A DNA stretch of 64,000 nt from Ignavibacteriales bacterium (lineage in GTDB: Bacteria; Bacteroidota; Ignavibacteria; Ignavibacteriales; DAOSCP01): the NCBI GenBank assembly GCA_035361425.1, contig DAOSCP010000010.1, forward strand, positions 23,712 through 87,711, read 5' to 3'. Position numbers and translations under genes: made by a program. Below, piece after piece: positions 60,287 to 64,000 of the stretch. Positions within the stretch are counted from its first letter, which is position 1. Each line of letters starts with the position of its first letter. The notes below the pieces were generated by a model. That model had not been told where the DNA came from. It made no database searches and saw only the letters and a program-made list of their open reading frames with translations.

Positions 60287-60313
60287 CTTATATTTGTGAG
60301 TTACAAATATAAG
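60287..60313. repeat. 11-bp perfect inverted repeat upstream of DUF47-pit
   Basis: CTTATATTTGT-GAGTT-ACAAATATAAG, ending 12 bp before the ATG. Confidence 0.75.
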
Positions 60314-60526
60314 AAATATATTTATAATTTTAAAACTTTCAATAATTTAATTCCCCTTTGTGTAAATTAAAGTTATAAAACAAAATCAGTGAAATTATTT
60401 ATTAATAACCTTAATAATTTTCAACTTTGTTTGTATTTTTAAATTTTTTTATAATATCCTCTTGCTTTTTTCCTAATATTTTTTAAACTATAAAGTTTTA
60501 TAAAAAACAACTAAAAGGGAAATCAT

Positions 60527-62191
60527 ATGTGTGGAATAGTTGGAATTTTTAACATCAAACAAAATAATGAAAGTTTAAGGCAACAAGCACTTGATATGTC
60601 TAAAAGATTAAGACACCGCGGTCCAGATTGGTCAGGAATTTTCGCATCTGATAAAGCTATATTGGCTCATGAAAGATTAGCTATTGTTGACCCACAATCT
60701 GGTAAACAACCTCTTTATACAAAAGATGGAAAAGTTGTTTTAGCAGTCAATGGTGAAATCTATAATCATAGGGAATTAAGAAAAACACTCAAAAAACCTT
60801 ATGAATTTTTAACAAATTCAGATTGTGAAATTATTTTAGCTTTATATAGAGAAAAAGGTATTAATTTCATTGACGACTTAAATGGAATTTTCGCGTTTGC
60901 TTTATATGATATTGAGAATGATGTATTTTTAATAGGAAGAGATCACATTGGTATTATTCCACTATATCAAGGTTGGGATAAATATGGCAATTATTATGTA
61001 GCTTCAGAAATGAAAGCACTCATTGGTTATTGTACAATAATTAAGGAATTTTTACCAGGGCACTATTATTACAGTAAAGATGAAGAACCCAAACGCTGGT
61101 ATGTAAGAGATTGGTTTGAATATGATGCAGTAAAAGATAATAAAAGTGATATTTTACAACTTAGAAAAGCCTTAGAAGATGCTGTTCACAGGCAGTTGAT
61201 GTCTGATGTTCCTTATGGAGTTTTGCTTTCAGGTGGTTTAGATTCTTCAATTATTTCTGCAGTAGCAAAAAAATTTGCAGCAAGAAGAGTTGAAAGTGGG
61301 GACTTGCAAGATGCATGGTGGCCACAACTCCACTCTTTTGCAGTTGGATTAAAAGGTGCACCAGATTTAAAGCACGCTCAGGATGTAGCTAAACATATTG
61401 GAACAATTCACCACGAAATTAATTTTACTATCCAGGAAGGTTTAGATGCAATAAGAGATGTAATTTACCATATTGAAACATACGATACAACTACGATTAG
61501 AGCATCAACTCCTATGTATTTGATGGCTAGAGTTATAAAATCTATGGGTATTAAAATGGTTCTTTCTGGTGAGGGTTCAGATGAAATTTTTGGTGGTTAC
61601 TTATATTTCCACAAAGCACCTAATGCAAAAGAATTTCACGAAGAAACAGTTAGAAAACTTTCAAAACTTCATATGTATGATTGTTTAAGAGCTAATAAAT
61701 CTCTGGCAGCTTGGGGAGTAGAAGGCAGAGTTCCATTTCTCGATAAAGAATTTATGGATGTTGCAATGCGTCTTAATCCAGAAGATAAACGCCCCGCTGG
61801 AAGAATAGAAAAATGGATTTTAAGAAAAGCATTTGAAGATTATTTACCCGAATCTGTTGCATGGAGACAAAAAGAACAATTTTCTGACGGAGTTGGCTAT
61901 AGCTGGATTGATACACTAAAAGCTGAAACCGCCAAACTTGTATCCGATGATGAGTTAGCCAACGCAAAATATCGTTTTCCTATTAATACTCCAACAACAA
62001 AAGAAGAATATTTTTACCGTTCAATATTTGAAGAATTCTTCCCCGGTGATGATGCTGCTAAATGCGTTCCATTTGTTCCATCAGTTGCATGTAGTACTGC
62101 GGAAGCATTAGCATGGGATGAATCTTTTAAAAATATGATAGACCCTTCCGGTAGAGCTGTTAAAGATGTTCACCAAGAAGGTTATAAATAA
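60527..62191 (+). CDS. asnB: Asparagine synthetase B (glutamine-hydrolysing)
   Basis: MCGIVG, LRHRGPDWSG, HERLAIVD, NGEIYNH, LLSGGLDSS, SGEGSDE, RQKEQFSDGVG. Confidence 0.97.
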   Translation: MCGIVGIFNIKQNNESLRQQALDMSKRLRHRGPDWSGIFASDKAILAHERLAIVDPQSGKQPLYTKDGKVVLAVNGEIYNHRELRKTLKKPYEFLTNSDCEIILALYREKGINFIDDLNGIFAFALYDIENDVFLIGRDHIGIIPLYQGWDKYGNYYVASEMKALIGYCTIIKEFLPGHYYYSKDEEPKRWYVRDWFEYDAVKDNKSDILQLRKALEDAVHRQLMSDVPYGVLLSGGLDSSIISAVAKKFAARRVESGDLQDAWWPQLHSFAVGLKGAPDLKHAQDVAKHIGTIHHEINFTIQEGLDAIRDVIYHIETYDTTTIRASTPMYLMARVIKSMGIKMVLSGEGSDEIFGGYLYFHKAPNAKEFHEETVRKLSKLHMYDCLRANKSLAAWGVEGRVPFLDKEFMDVAMRLNPEDKRPAGRIEKWILRKAFEDYLPESVAWRQKEQFSDGVGYSWIDTLKAETAKLVSDDELANAKYRFPINTPTTKEEYFYRSIFEEFFPGDDAAKCVPFVPSVACSTAEALAWDESFKNMIDPSGRAVKDVHQEGYK

Positions 62192-62204
62192 AATAATTGA
62201 ATCA

Positions 62205-62239
62205 AAAAAAGCCTTCTACAAAATTGAGAAGGCTTTTTT
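62205..62239. terminator. Bidirectional intrinsic terminator
   Basis: AAAAAAGCCTTCT-9 nt-AGAAGGCTTTTTT between convergent genes. Confidence 0.88.
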
Positions 62240-62261
62240 ATTGTAATATTTTGCTAATTTT

Positions 62262-64000
62262 TCACTTATTTAATATCATTTTACGACTTATTTTCATATT
62301 ACCATTTTGCAATTGATAAATAAATATACCACTACCTAATTTTCTAGCATCAAAAGTAACTTCATAATTACCAGCCTCTTTAACTTCATTTACTAGCGTT
62401 TCTATTTCTTTACCTAATACATCATACACTTTTAGTGATGTTACATTATTTGAATATTCAACAGGTATAGTAAATCTAATTTTAGTCATTGGATTAAATG
62501 GATTTGGATAATTTTGTTCAAGGCTAAATTTTAATGGCAAAACTCCATTAACGTTTATTTGATACGAATAATTATATTTACCATCATTATCTATAATTTT
62601 TATTCTATATTCTTGATTTTTCATTATCAAAGAATTATCTATAAAATTATAAAAATTTGTTTTATTAGTATTACCATTAGCTGCTACTTTACCAATTGTT
62701 ATCCATTGTTCGTTTAAAAGTTTTTGTACTTCAAATTCTTTAGTATTAATTTCTGATTTTGTTTCCCAACTTAATAAAATTTTATTATTATCAATTTTAC
62801 CATCGAAAAATGATAACTCCACTGGTAAAGGGAAACTAATATTTTCATGAGCACCTATATAAGGGCTATTTGGATCTCTGCTATTACCATCAAAATCATC
62901 TACTACTTCTAAAATTGGAAAACCTTGTAAATTAGGGTCTATAGCATCAACAATAAGATGTAAATCTCCGTTTAAAGTATCAATAAATTGAGGAAAATAA
63001 ATTCTTGAATTCTGATCATTATTAGAACCTACTGCAATTCTCCAATCATTAATAGTATTTCTAACATTGCCATTATAATACCCAATTGGTTCTGATTTAT
63101 TTATAAAAATATTGTAATCTGAAATTAATCCAGTAGGATTTGTAGAACTACCACCATAACGAATAACATAATGTTTCGCACTACCTTTAAAGTGACTTCT
63201 TAAGTTACCAAAAATATTATTCTTGAAAACTCGATTAACATTAGCTACATCACTTTGAAATGCATAAGTCGAATATGAAGCACTATCTACTATACCACCT
63301 AAATAAATAGAATTATAGAAATATTTATTACTACCTGCTGCATCATAAATTCCTTTTAAAGATGTATTTTTAGATAAATTAACTCCTAATGTTATCATAT
63401 TATTGTATATTAAAGAGTTATTTGCTGTTTTATAAATACCAACAATATTAGAATTATTATCTCCTCTTAAGTTAAAAATTTTATTTGAATAAATAGTGCT
63501 ATTTGTACCAGATAATATACCTGCAATCCATATACTAGCTGGAATTTTATTTTCAATATTACTAATAATATTTTTAGAAATAAAATTATTAGTACCAGCT
63601 GTAGCACAAATTCCTGCAGTTGGAGTACTACCACCACCTGTAGGGTATTTATTGTATGAAATTATATCTGAAATATTATTTTGCGTAATATCATTTAATA
63701 ATCCATTTGTTACTCTAATAGCATATGTCAACCCAGAAGATACAGAAACTCCAAAGTTACTAAGATTATAAATATTATTGCATTATATTACATTAGTAGC
63801 ACTCGAAGAAACATCAAGCCCTATTATATGTGTTGCTAAAAATGTTTTATTCTCTTCTCCAGCAAACAAAGAGTTAGGTGTTGATATACTACCAATTGTA
63901 TTATTAGCAATATATTTATTAGCCGTTCCAGCAATTTGAATACCTTTAAGTGTTCCGCTTGAAATAGAGTCTATACCAATATTAGCTAATCCACTAATAA
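62262..64000 (-). pseudogene. T9SS-sorted extracellular parallel beta-helix-like protein (partial), with an in-frame TAA
   Basis: Asn/Ile/Ser-rich repeats (NNFISKNIISNI, NKIFNL, NNMITL), LPVELSFF, EQNYPNPFNP domain. The same frame is open from the right edge except for TAA at 63783-63785 (NVI*CNNIYNL). Confidence 0.75.

Noticed and set aside
63496-63771. 91-aa plus-strand ORF, and the other short antisense ORFs nested in long genes
   Set aside because: They lie opposite well-supported genes and show no motifs; typical shadow ORFs.
26991-63785. TAA stop-codon reassignment to explain the two in-frame TAAs
   Set aside because: TAA is the normal terminator of many intact genes here (e.g. flgL, murC, asnB).
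1-64000. CRISPR array, IS/transposase, integrase, prophage, rRNA, intein
   Set aside because: No regularly spaced repeats, no such protein motifs and no GC-rich rRNA-like tract were seen; DnaB is of normal length.

Overview
Very AT-rich bacterial chromosome segment, most consistent with Ignavibacteriota or a related FCB-group lineage (two proteins end in T9SS-type 'YPNPFNP' sorting domains; flagellar genes; coaBC-udg-dnaB and a full dcw cluster). Left to right: (1) a minus-strand run of flgA-flgH-flgI-flgJ(SLT)-flgN-flgK-flgL-fliW-csrA-motA-motB. It continues without a break into a REC-HisKA protein, a hypothetical, a DUF5009-type acyltransferase, a KaiC/RAD55-like ATPase with a degenerate GGDEF-like tail, a 955-aa TPR + beta-barrel protein, comB and a TPR protein cut by the window edge. 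(2) ftcD, cyclodeaminase, TPM and TrmH genes. (3) A five-tRNA cluster (Pro, Arg, His, Glu, Glu). (4) lolC/E-lolC/E-lolD. (5) An accessory block: hybrid kinase, secreted nuclease, TPR kinase, debranching-family hydrolase + MFS, two hemerythrins, acyltransferase, pgm. (6) The dcw cluster mraZ..ftsZ. (7) DUF47-pit-coaBC-udg-dnaB, asnB and a partial T9SS-sorted beta-helix protein. Best candidate for an undescribed system: a BcsC/PgaA-like TPR porin paired with a BcsE-like KaiC-GGDEF* protein at the tail of the flagellar motor operon, with no polysaccharide synthase in the window. Also notable: five single-base lesions (3 frameshifts, 2 in-frame TAA), all in accessory genes and none seen in core genes. 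No CRISPR array, transposase or integrase was seen. All family assignments come from motif recognition, not database searches.
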